Source: an uncultured Phycisphaerales bacterium (GTDB taxonomy: Bacteria; Planctomycetota; Phycisphaerae; Tepidisphaerales; Tepidisphaeraceae). Taken from it: 64,000 nt of DNA. Under the pieces are notes generated by a model. That model was not told the DNA's origin and made no database searches. It was given only the letters and a program-made list of their open reading frames with translations. The stretch covers positions 3,712,001 through 3,776,000 of the forward strand of contig CAVWVQ010000003.1 in assembly GCA_963758525.1 (NCBI GenBank), in the 5' to 3' direction. This document shows positions 11,138 to 20,170 of this stretch, piece after piece. The position numbers were made by a program, and so were the translations under genes. Each line of letters begins with the position of its first letter. Within the stretch, counting starts at the first letter, position 1.

Positions 11138-12217
11138 CTACGGCTTCACCGTCCATCGTGGCTTGGCGAACCACTCGCGCATCACGTCCTCCGCCGGCTT
11201 GCCCTTGGGGGAATACCCGCGGCTGTCCGCATCGAGCGTCCACTCCCAGAACATGAAGCCGCCGGACTGCGGCTGCCCCCACCAGGCGCGGAAAAAACCC
11301 TGGTAGAGCTTGCGCTGCAGATCGTTGTCGATGCCCGCGCTCTCCTGCGTGTAATCCCACGGCTCATGCGCCGCGTTGCTGATGCTGCACCAGCCGGCTT
11401 CCAGCAGAATCAGCGGCTTGCCGATTTTCTCTTCAAAGCGGAACAGGTCCTTCTGGATTCCTCTCCATCGCGAGACGATTTCGTCCACGCTCACGTCGCG
11501 GTTCTCGCCCAGGATGTAATAGCTGTTCATCCCGATCAGATCCAACTGGTTCCAGAAGGGGATCGACGTGTAATGATCCCAGTTGGACGAGTAGGTCAGC
11601 AAACCCTTGTACTCGTGGCGAATCATCTGGATCGTCTGGGTCCACTCGTCGGCAAACCGTTCGGTGCTGACCAGCTCCGATCCAACGCTGAACACGTCCA
11701 CCCCGGTCTTTTGAGCCACGCCCGCGTAGAGCGAGATCATCTCCCGGTAGCTGTCCCACCACTTCTGCCAGTCCGTCGGATGAATCGTCCCGCGCCAATC
11801 GTGCTCGCCGGGATTGTCCAGCAGAACGATCGGCATCAGGATCACGCGCAGCTTTTTCGCCTTGGCATGCAGAATCAGCTCGCCGAGCTGCTGCTCGTTG
11901 AGGGTCTTGCGGACGTCGATATAAATCTTGCTGCTCGAACCGTTTTCCTGACGCGAATCGACGACGATGGAAACGGTGTCGGCTCCCTCCGCCGCGATCT
12001 CGTCGAGCGCTTTGAGATACTCCGCCAGCCGCCACGGCTGCTGCAACTGCATCGCGACGCCGATGTACGGCATCCCGCTGGTCGTCACCGCCGCGGAAGC
12101 CGCCGGCGCCTCGGGCTCCGACGAATGCACGCCCGTCGCCGCCGTCGGCCAGAGCACGCATCCCATTGCCGCGAAAAAGACCAGCAACGCGCTGATAACC
12201 AGAAAGTGACCCTTCAT
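11138..12217 (-). CDS. Secreted glycoside hydrolase family 113-like TIM barrel
   Basis: Signal peptide; ILMPIV, WRGTI, GSEL (acid/base Glu), TYSSNWD, LEAGW (nucleophile Glu). Confidence 0.8.
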   Translation of the reverse strand: MKGHFLVISALLVFFAAMGCVLWPTAATGVHSSEPEAPAASAAVTTSGMPYIGVAMQLQQPWRLAEYLKALDEIAAEGADTVSIVVDSRQENGSSSKIYIDVRKTLNEQQLGELILHAKAKKLRVILMPIVLLDNPGEHDWRGTIHPTDWQKWWDSYREMISLYAGVAQKTGVDVFSVGSELVSTERFADEWTQTIQMIRHEYKGLLTYSSNWDHYTSIPFWNQLDLIGMNSYYILGENRDVSVDEIVSRWRGIQKDLFRFEEKIGKPLILLEAGWCSISNAAHEPWDYTQESAGIDNDLQRKLYQGFFRAWWGQPQSGGFMFWEWTLDADSRGYSPKGKPAEDVMREWFAKPRWTVKP

Positions 12218-12326
12218 GTCTCCTCACTTAAAGAGCGAAGACTATACGCAGACGCGTGCGAGTGCGAAAGATGCGGGCGAGGAATTGAGCCAGCCCCGTT
12301 TTGTGAGAGCCCCCGACCCAGAACCC

Positions 12327-12436
12327 GGTTAGCCGCGACGCGCAGCGGAGCGCGTATTGGAACCGGAAACAGCGTGGTGTTACCACAGTTGACCCCTCGG
12401 GACGAATACTCGCTCCGCTGCGCGTCGCGGCTAACC
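12327..12436. repeat. REP-like family GCCGCGACGCGCAGCGGAGCG, inverted doublet
   Basis: Doublets here and at 19373-19477; single copy at 5411-5434. Confidence 0.85.
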
Positions 12437-12487
12437 GTTGATCGATGCGATAACAAACCGCTTCGGAAGTCGAACCTCCCCTCGCAA

Positions 12488-13867
12488 TCACCCCCGGCTC
12501 ATCAGCAGCCGATGCTTCTCGCTCACCGGCAGCAATCGTCCATCCTTCCCCGCGATATTCATCAGCTCCAGCCACTGCTCAAACTCCGGCGCCGGCTTGA
12601 GGTGCATCAGTTGCCGAAGGTAAGCCGCGTCGTGAAAGCTGGTGGACTGATAGGCAAGCATCACATCATCCGCCCCCGGCACGCCCATGAAATAATTGCA
12701 ACCGGCCAGTGCCAGCAGCGTCATCAGCGTGTCGCTGTCGTCCTGATCCGCCTGCGCGTGATTCGTATAACACACATCCACCCCCATCGGCAGTCCCAGC
12801 AGCTTTCCGCAAAAATGATCCTCCAGCCCAGCGCGGATGATCTGCTTTCCGTCGTACAAATATTCCGGCCCGATGAACCCGACGACCGTATTCACCAGCA
12901 ACGGCTCAAACTCCCGCGCAACCGCGTATGCGCGCGCCTCCAGCGTTTGCTGATCGACGCCATGGTGCGCATCGGCGCTCAGCGCCGATCCCTGGCCGGT
13001 CTCGAAGTACATCACGTTGTGCCCGAGCGTGCCGCGCTGCAGCGACAGGGTCGCCTGATGCGCCTCGCGCAGCAGTTTGAGGTCGATCCCAAAACTTCGG
13101 TTTGCCGATTCCGTCCCCGCGATGGATTGAAACGCCAGGTCGACCGGCGCTCCTTCTTCGATCGCGCGGAGCGTGGTCGTGAGGTGCGCCAGCACGCACG
13201 ACTGCGTGGGAATCTGATATTCGCGGATGAAGCCGTCGATCATGTGCAGCAGCGACTTGACGGCCGCGACATTGTCGGTGGCCGGGTTGATGCCGATGCA
13301 CGCGTCGCCGCAGCCGTAAAGCAGTCCGTCGAGAATGCTCGCCGCGATGGCCGCCGGATCATCCGTCGGATGGTTCGGCTGCAGCCGGATCGCAAGCCGT
13401 CCGGCCAGTCCGAGGGTGTTGCGAAACCGCGTGATCACCCGGCACTTGCTGGCGATCAGAATCAAATCCTGATTCCGGCACAGCTTCGACACCGCCGCCG
13501 CCATCTCCGGGGTCACCCCCGGCGCAACGGCCGACAGTGATTCGGTCGTCGTCGCATAATCCAGCAGCCATTCGCGGAACGCGCCGACGGTGAAATTAGA
13601 AATGGGCGCGAAGGGTGCAGCATCATGCCGGTCGATAATGAGCCGGGTAACTTCGTCGATCTCATATGGAACAACCGGCTCCTCGAGGAACCGCCGCAGC
13701 GAGATATCCGCAAGAACCGTGAGAGCCGCGACCCGCTCGCGGGCATCGCCCGCCGCGATCCCCGCCAGCACATCGCCCGAGCGCAGCGGCGATGCCTTGG
13801 CCAGGACCTCTTTCAGATCGGCGAAGGAATAATGGGTTCCACGAAGATGGACCGAGTACGTCGACAC
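12488..13867 (-). CDS. eutB: Ethanolamine ammonia-lyase large subunit
   Basis: RSGDVLAG, RLQPNHPTDD, YFETGQGSALS, EDHFCGKLLG, YQSTSFHD. Confidence 0.96.
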   Translation of the reverse strand: MSTYSVHLRGTHYSFADLKEVLAKASPLRSGDVLAGIAAGDARERVAALTVLADISLRRFLEEPVVPYEIDEVTRLIIDRHDAAPFAPISNFTVGAFREWLLDYATTTESLSAVAPGVTPEMAAAVSKLCRNQDLILIASKCRVITRFRNTLGLAGRLAIRLQPNHPTDDPAAIAASILDGLLYGCGDACIGINPATDNVAAVKSLLHMIDGFIREYQIPTQSCVLAHLTTTLRAIEEGAPVDLAFQSIAGTESANRSFGIDLKLLREAHQATLSLQRGTLGHNVMYFETGQGSALSADAHHGVDQQTLEARAYAVAREFEPLLVNTVVGFIGPEYLYDGKQIIRAGLEDHFCGKLLGLPMGVDVCYTNHAQADQDDSDTLMTLLALAGCNYFMGVPGADDVMLAYQSTSFHDAAYLRQLMHLKPAPEFEQWLELMNIAGKDGRLLPVSEKHRLLMSRG

Positions 13868-13962
13868 GGGGAGTATGAGTGTGTTTACTCCAGCGGGCGA
13901 CTAAATTGAAGCAATGTTCGGCAGCAGACGCGGCGGCCGGAAACGCTTGAGGAGCCCACGCC

Positions 13963-14070
13963 ATGAACGATGACCCGATCGTCGAAGCAGTTCGACGCGA
14001 TCGCGAAAAGTATGGCGCGTCGTTCAACTACGACGTGCACGACAGTTTCGGTCTCGCGGTCGCACCCGAA
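13963..14070 (+). pseudogene. Truncated small protein (DPIVE-VR-R family, often a toxin-antitoxin partner), cut off by a REP doublet
   Basis: GAGGAG RBS then MNDDPIVEAVRRDREKYGASFNYD; the similarity I recognise ends before the palindrome at 14069. Confidence 0.4.
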
Positions 14071-14907
14071 AGCCAACGGATTGCCATCCGTTGGTTCCCG
14101 CTTTCAGCTTCGATTCCCGCCCTCGGAGAAGACCAACGGATGGCAATCCGTTGGCTTTGGCGCTGAGCCTCCCGCTCCCATTTGCAATCCCGCTCTTCGC
14201 GCGTGACATTCGCCCGGGCAACGGGAAAGTCGTCAAATATTCCCTCGGACAGCGCTGCAAAGCCTCATAGTTGCGTCGCTGCTCCCCGATAAAGCCAACG
14301 GATTGCCATCCGTTGGTCCCCGTTTTCCCACTTGTAAGCCGCTTTTCCTTTCATCGCTCCCATCGTTCGCTCGCAGAAAATGTCCCCCCGCGCCCGTTCC
14401 GCTGCTAAGGGGCTCTCCGCCGTCAACATTTACTCCCTCCTCGATCGGCACAGAGCAACTTCAAAAGTGTGCCAATTCGTGCCATTTCGTGCCACTTTAC
14501 GGAGTGAAGCTGAGGTCGGGACTTTCTGATTGCAAATTCGTGCGGCAGTAAATGTCGCGTCGCAAACGAGGGATTTCGTAGGTTCACGGCATGAATCGAA
14601 CCATTGAAAAGCATGAAACCGCTGGCGCGGCCGTAGACCGGCGAAGCAGGTGCATCGTACGCGGCGAGCGTGCGGGGATACCCCGTTTTCAGCGAACGGC
14701 GCGCAACTGTTCGCGCGGTGTCGCGCCACGCTGGAGAGTATCCTGCGGGATGGTGAGGAGTTGCGCGCCGGATGCGACATGCGGCGCTGCAAAATCTGTC
14801 GCGCGATGTCGCAAGCTGGGGGCCGGGGTCACGAGTCGGGAGTGGGGAGCAAGGAGCACGAAGCAATAAGCATGATCAATTCCCGCGGATCGCCATCCGT
14901 TGGCTTT
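14069..14907. repeat. REP-like palindrome family AAAGCCAACGGATTGCCATCCGTTGG, 4 copies in two inverted pairs
   Basis: Copies at 14069-14094, 14131-14158 (inverted), 14291-14316 and 14886-14907 (partial, inverted). Confidence 0.85.
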
Positions 14908-14995
14908 GGGAGACTGGCGATCAAAGCTAAGCGATCCCTGCTCATCGCTCCTGACTTTCGACTCTCGGCGCTCTCCACGACGCGGAATCGATCTT

Positions 14996-15352
14996 ATGCG
15001 GGTTTGGGCCGATATAATTGGTGTTGTCGCATACGAAAGGCGCCCGCTGGAGAAACAGATCGTTCCAACTTCGCAACCGCCGCAGGCGAGAGCCTCGCCG
15101 GTGGAGTTCTGGCTGACGATGTCGGCATTCGTCGGGGCGGGGCTGGTTTATCTTTCGCTGTTCCTTCAGTCGGCGATCATCTTTGGGATTGGCGAGGTGC
15201 TTTGCCTGGTGGTGTCGGTGCCGATCGTGTTGCTGCATCGCGACGAAATTCGCAAGTGGTGGCTGGCACGGGGGAAATGTCCGGGCTGCGGGCGGGATCT
15301 TCGCGGCGTGAAGGGAGCCTGCCCCAACTGCGGGCGCAAAATGATCGTTTGA
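14996..15352 (+). CDS. Small membrane protein with C-terminal zinc ribbon (start uncertain)
   Basis: Two TM segments followed by CPGCGRDLRGVKGACPNCG. Confidence 0.7.
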   Translation: MRVWADIIGVVAYERRPLEKQIVPTSQPPQARASPVEFWLTMSAFVGAGLVYLSLFLQSAIIFGIGEVLCLVVSVPIVLLHRDEIRKWWLARGKCPGCGRDLRGVKGACPNCGRKMIV

Positions 15353-15366
15353 CGTTGGTCAAACCG

Positions 15367-16929
15367 TCAGTCGGCCAGGCGAATCTGTTTGGGGGAGTCG
15401 ATGCGGATTTCGGGACGACCTTTATAGATGGTGACGATGCCGTCGATGGCGATCTTGCGGCCGACGATTCCTTTTCCGTTGTCGCCGCCGAATTGTTCCT
15501 GCATCCGTTTCAGGACCGAGCCGGGACAGAACAGTTCAAATCCGATGTCTTCATCGGCGTCTTTGAAGGTGACGCGCATGTTGCCCGAACTGGTGATGTG
15601 CGTCTTATTGGGCACGCCGACGACCGTGATGGGTTTTCCGGAGAGCGGGTTTTTCGGGTCGTTGGCGATGGCGAGGAGGGTGGTGAAGTCGGAAACCGAG
15701 AACGTGGATGCCGGTCCGTTGGGGACTGGGGCAGGAGTGGCCACGGGCGCGGGTGCGGCCGTGGCGACGGGCGCGGGCGCGGGATCGGCGGGTGGCGCGT
15801 CGGCGGGAGCGGCGTCGGGCGCAGAGGCGCAACAAAAGCGTGTTTTGGCTGGGAAGTTTCGATCAGGATCACTGCCGCGGAGATCACCGCGACGAGGACG
15901 GCGCCGCCGCCGATCAGGAGGTTGCGGCGGAGACTCGACGATGCGGACGGTGTTGTCAGCATGGAGCCGGAACTGCCGGCGTAGCTCGTTGCGCCGACCG
16001 GACCCGATCCGCGACCGCCGATCGATGGGAGCGCGCCGGAGGCGCACAGCGGAATCGTATGAACGCGCAGGGCGCTGGCGAATTGCTCGGCCGACGCAAA
16101 ACGGTCCTTGGGCGCTTGGCCAGGCCCTTTTGGATGATTTCACCCAGTCCGGCCGGCAAGTCGGGCACGCGCTCGCGCAGATCGGGAATCGGAGCAGAGA
16201 CGTGCTGATCGAGGATCTCTTTTGCCGTGCCACCGTCATATGGCGGGCGTCCGCTCAGCAGGTAACAGACCGTCGCCGCGAGGCTGTAGACATCGGAAAG
16301 GGGCTCGGCGGGCTTGCCCCGGACAATCTCAGGTGCGATGTAGAGCGGGGTGCCGACCGCTTCGGTGCCCAGGTAGAACGAATCGTTGGGGTCGTCGATG
16401 CGGGCGAGGCCGAAGTCAGTGAGCTTGCAACGTCCGCCGCGCGAGAGCATGAGATTCGACGGCTTGATGTCGCGGTGAATGATCCCAAGCTTGTGCGCGT
16501 GCCCCAGCGCCTCGGCGGCTTCGGCGCCGAGCTGGCAGGCGCGTACCACGTCCATCGGCCCGCTCGCCTTCACCAGGTCGCGCAGGCTTCCCCCTTCCAG
16601 CAACTCCATGGCGATGTAGAAAACATCGCTGGTCTGGTTCACCTCATAGACCTGCACGACGCCGGGATGTTCTATCGAAGCCGCCGACCGTGCCTCGCGA
16701 ACAAACTGCTCCAGGCCGATGGTCCTGTCTCCCAACTTGAACTGCATCGGCAGCAGCTTGAGGGCGACCTGCCGCTGCAGATCGACATCCTCGGCGCAAA
16801 AACGCGGCCCATGGCGCCCTGTCCCAGCAGCGCCACGAGTTTGAATCGCCCGACGCGACGCCCCAGCCAGGCAGGAGCCAGCTTCACGTTGCGAGCGACC
16901 GGTTTTTTGGGGGTGTCCCCGACGTTCAT
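15367..16929 (-). CDS. Ser/Thr protein kinase with TM helix and C-terminal extracytoplasmic (OB-fold-like) domain; several frameshifts
   Basis: LGQGAMGRVF, HRDIKPSN, DFG, GTPLYIAPE and DVYSL spread over three ORFs; TM segment LLIGGGAVLVAVISAAVILI; shifts near 16800, 16100 and 15830. Confidence 0.85.
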
Positions 16930-17077
16930 CAGGCGGGAATTGTCATCCACACGGGTTCAAGAAAAGATGAGCGTTACAATAAGGTTGGGTTCAGATTCGA
17001 TTGGTTGCGATCGGCCTCGGCGCTACCCGCAACCTCTTGGGGTAAAGTGCGATGCGTTGCAGCGTAGGTGAAACCCT

Positions 17078-19349
17078 GATGCGGCTTCTTTCAAAAAGAT
17101 GGCTCGGCCTGACCATTGCCCTGGGCGCCATGGCTGGGCGACCGTCGCCCTTGGCGCGGTCGATCCGATCAAATTGGACGCTGCGATCGACAAGGGCAAG
17201 CAGTGGCTGCTGGCCAATCAGACGAACGGAATCTGGGAGCAGTGGCAGAGCGCTACCGACGAGAACCAGAAAACGGGATGGACCGCGCTGGCGCTGGACG
17301 CGCTCCTGTCGGCGGGGACCAAGCCAAACGATCCGGCACTGCTCCCGGGATCAAATACCTTGAGGAGACCGAGACGAACGGCGTCTACGCGCTGGGGATG
17401 CGGATGCAGGTGTGGGAACGGCTTCCCGCTTCGCCGCAGGTCATGCGGGCCGCCAGGGAAGACGCCACCAAGCTGCTGCATGGCGTCGGGCACGACGGGG
17501 AATACGCTGGAATGTACGGCTACACGATTACCTCAAGGGCCTACAGCCATAGCCGGGCGCAATATGCGGTGCTGGGCATGAGCGCGGCCGAGCAGATGGG
17601 GATTGAGGTGCCTGGCGACTATTGGAAGTTGGTTGAAAAGGGTTGGATCAACCATCAACTGCCCGAAGGCGGATGGACGTACAAGCAACACGACGACAGC
17701 GGGCACCCGCCAACGGCGGGGCTTACGGCGGTCGGCGTGGCGACGCTGTACATCGTCGCCGACATGCTCCACGAAGCGGAGAGCATCGATTGCCATCAGA
17801 CTTTTTCGCTCCCTGCCATTAACCGCGGCCTCAGCTGGCTTGCCCTGCACAACGGCGAGATCGCCAATGGCGATGAAACGCCGCGCAATTACCCTTACTC
17901 GGCCCTCTATGCAGTGGAGCGCGTCGGCGCCGCCAGCGGGATCAAATCTTTTGGCGCGGTGAACTGGTTCGAGAAGGGCGCCCAATGGCTCGTGAATTCG
18001 CAGAACTCTGACGGGCACTGGGACCCCAGCGGCGAAGATCACAGGAGACTGGGCGACATGGTGGATACGTCGTTTGCGCTGCTGTTTCTCTCGCACGGGC
18101 GAGCGCCGCTGATGATGCAGAAGCTGGACTACAGCGCCGATCCGCAGAAGCCCGCCGGATGGAATCGCCGGCCGCACGACGTGGCGAACCTGGCGCAGTT
18201 CACAGGAGAGCGACTCGAGCAGGAACTTTCCTGGGCGGTGGTCACTCTCTCTTCGCCGGCAACGGAGTATCACGACGCGCCGATTCTGTATCTGGCGGGA
18301 AGCGAGCCGCTGGTGCTGAGCGATGCCGCCAAGGCGAAGCTGCGCGAGTTTATCGAAGCGGGCGGCATGATCGTCGGCAACGCGGAGTGCGCCGGCGGCG
18401 CATTTGCGCAAACCTTCGAGAAGCTGGGCGCGCAGATATCCGCTTCGGAATTTCGAGCGCTGCCGGCGAACCATCCGATCTTTACCGACCAGCAGTTTCC
18501 CAGCAAGAAATGGCAATTGCGCCCCATGGTGCTCGGGCTGTCCAACGGCGTGCGCGAGTTGATGATCCTGTTTCCCAACGGTGATTTTGGCAAAGTCTGG
18601 CAGCTCAAGGAGACCAGGACGCGCGAGTCGGTGTTCGAGCTGGGCGCCGACGTCTTCGAATATGCCGCGGGAACCCGGCAGCTGCGCGACCGGGGGGCGC
18701 AGATCATCGTGACTCCCGATACGACGATCAGCGCGACCTCCACCATCAGGCTGGCGCGGCTGAAGTACGCCGGCAACTGGGACCCCGAGCCGGGCGGATG
18801 GCGACGGCTGGCAGCGCAGATGCACAACAGCCGGAAGATCGATCTGGATGTGGCGCCGGTCGGACTGAAAGGGGACCTGGGCAAGAGCAAAATCGCGCAT
18901 CTGACGGGCACCACCGCGCTACGACTCTCTGATGAAGAAAAGGTTGCTCTGAAGGCATTCCTCAGCGCCGGCGGCACCCTGATCGTCGATGCCGCCGGCG
19001 GCTCAACCGACTTTGCGGCATCGGCCGAGCTGGAACTCGCCGGCGTCGTTGGAAGTCCCTTTCTCACGCTCGCGAGCGATGACCCGGTTTACTCCGCCGG
19101 CGGCGTTCCGCTGGGGAAGGTCCAATATCGACGCTTCCGGGCGCAGGCGCGGGCGCGCTGGATGTTCCGCGCGTCAAGGCGAGCAAGATCGGCCAGCGCT
19201 ACGCGGTGTTTCTCAGCCCCGACGATCTTTCCGCGGGACTGGTGGGAGAGCCGGTGGACGGAATCTTCGGGTATGAGCCCGAGGCGGCCACGGCGGTGAT
19301 GGAACGGTTGATCCTTGCGGCAGCGCACGGGTCTGGGAAAGCTGGGTGA
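17078..19349 (+). CDS. Secreted prenyltransferase/squalene-cyclase-repeat plus DUF4159 protein; frameshifted
   Basis: AIDKGKQWLLANQ, QLPEGGW and QNSDGHW repeats; APILYLAG, GNWDPEPGGW and GGTLIVDAAGG; final frame GIFGYEP...AG stop at 19349. Confidence 0.8.
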
Positions 19350-19540
19350 ACATGCTCGATGGGTTCGTTCGTGGTTAGCCGCGACGCGCAGCGGAGCGCG
19401 TATTCGCATGAATTGCGCGACGGTGTGAACTTGCGCTGCTTCTCCTTCGAATACGCGCTCCGCTGCGCGTCGCGGCTGACCCCGGATAACCACGAACGAA
19501 CCCGGTGATGAAGCGCCCCGCAAGGTCGCGAGCTGCAGTT

Positions 19541-20038
19541 TCATTCCCGCTTGCGCACCGCTTCCTCCTGGCATCGTTCGATGACAACGGTGCAGGCGAG
19601 AATGAGAACGTCGTCCTGCCCGTCGGCGATGTCGACGCCGTACGTGTCGGCGATGCTGAACCACTTTTCGGAGACTTGAGCGATCTGCTGTCCGCCGCGT
19701 GTGATCGTGTATTGGTGGTCGGTGAAATTGCCGCGGGCTTCCAGATCGCCCGGGCCGTGCTCGTCGTCAACGGTGAAGCGATGGCCGAACATTGTGAAGA
19801 GCGATTCCTTGACGACGGCCTTGAGCGCCCCGCCGTGATAGATTTCATAGGTCGGCCCCCAGGAAAGCAGCTTCTTCTGAACGACGGCCAGTTCGTTGCC
19901 CTGCATGTCCTGGAAGATCAGCCGGTCGCGCAGCGTCAGGACCTTTCCGTCGACGAAAAAGACATCGTTGCCGTCGGCATCGCGGATGGTGAAATCGCTG
20001 CCGAGGGAGAAAAGCTTTTTCTTCATTACGTATCGCAT
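19541..20038 (-). CDS. LURP-one-related/scramblase (Tubby C-like) protein
   Basis: MRYVMKKKLFSLGSDFTIRD...VSEKWFSIADTYGVDI. Confidence 0.88.
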   Translation of the reverse strand: MRYVMKKKLFSLGSDFTIRDADGNDVFFVDGKVLTLRDRLIFQDMQGNELAVVQKKLLSWGPTYEIYHGGALKAVVKESLFTMFGHRFTVDDEHGPGDLEARGNFTDHQYTITRGGQQIAQVSEKWFSIADTYGVDIADGQDDVLILACTVVIERCQEEAVRKRE

Positions 20039-20170
20039 GGATTGCTCGTTAGTGGAGGGATCGATTCTTTTGTTCCGCGAAGGGCAAGCCACGGCGGGAA
20101 CCGATTGGAAAGCTTGCTCCCGTCGCTCCCTCGAATTCTCCTGTCACGTTCCAATCACCAATCACCTGAG

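Noticed and set aside
14069..14320. Palindromic repeats as a CRISPR array
   Set aside because: Copies alternate in orientation, spacing is irregular and no cas genes are present; they are REP-like.
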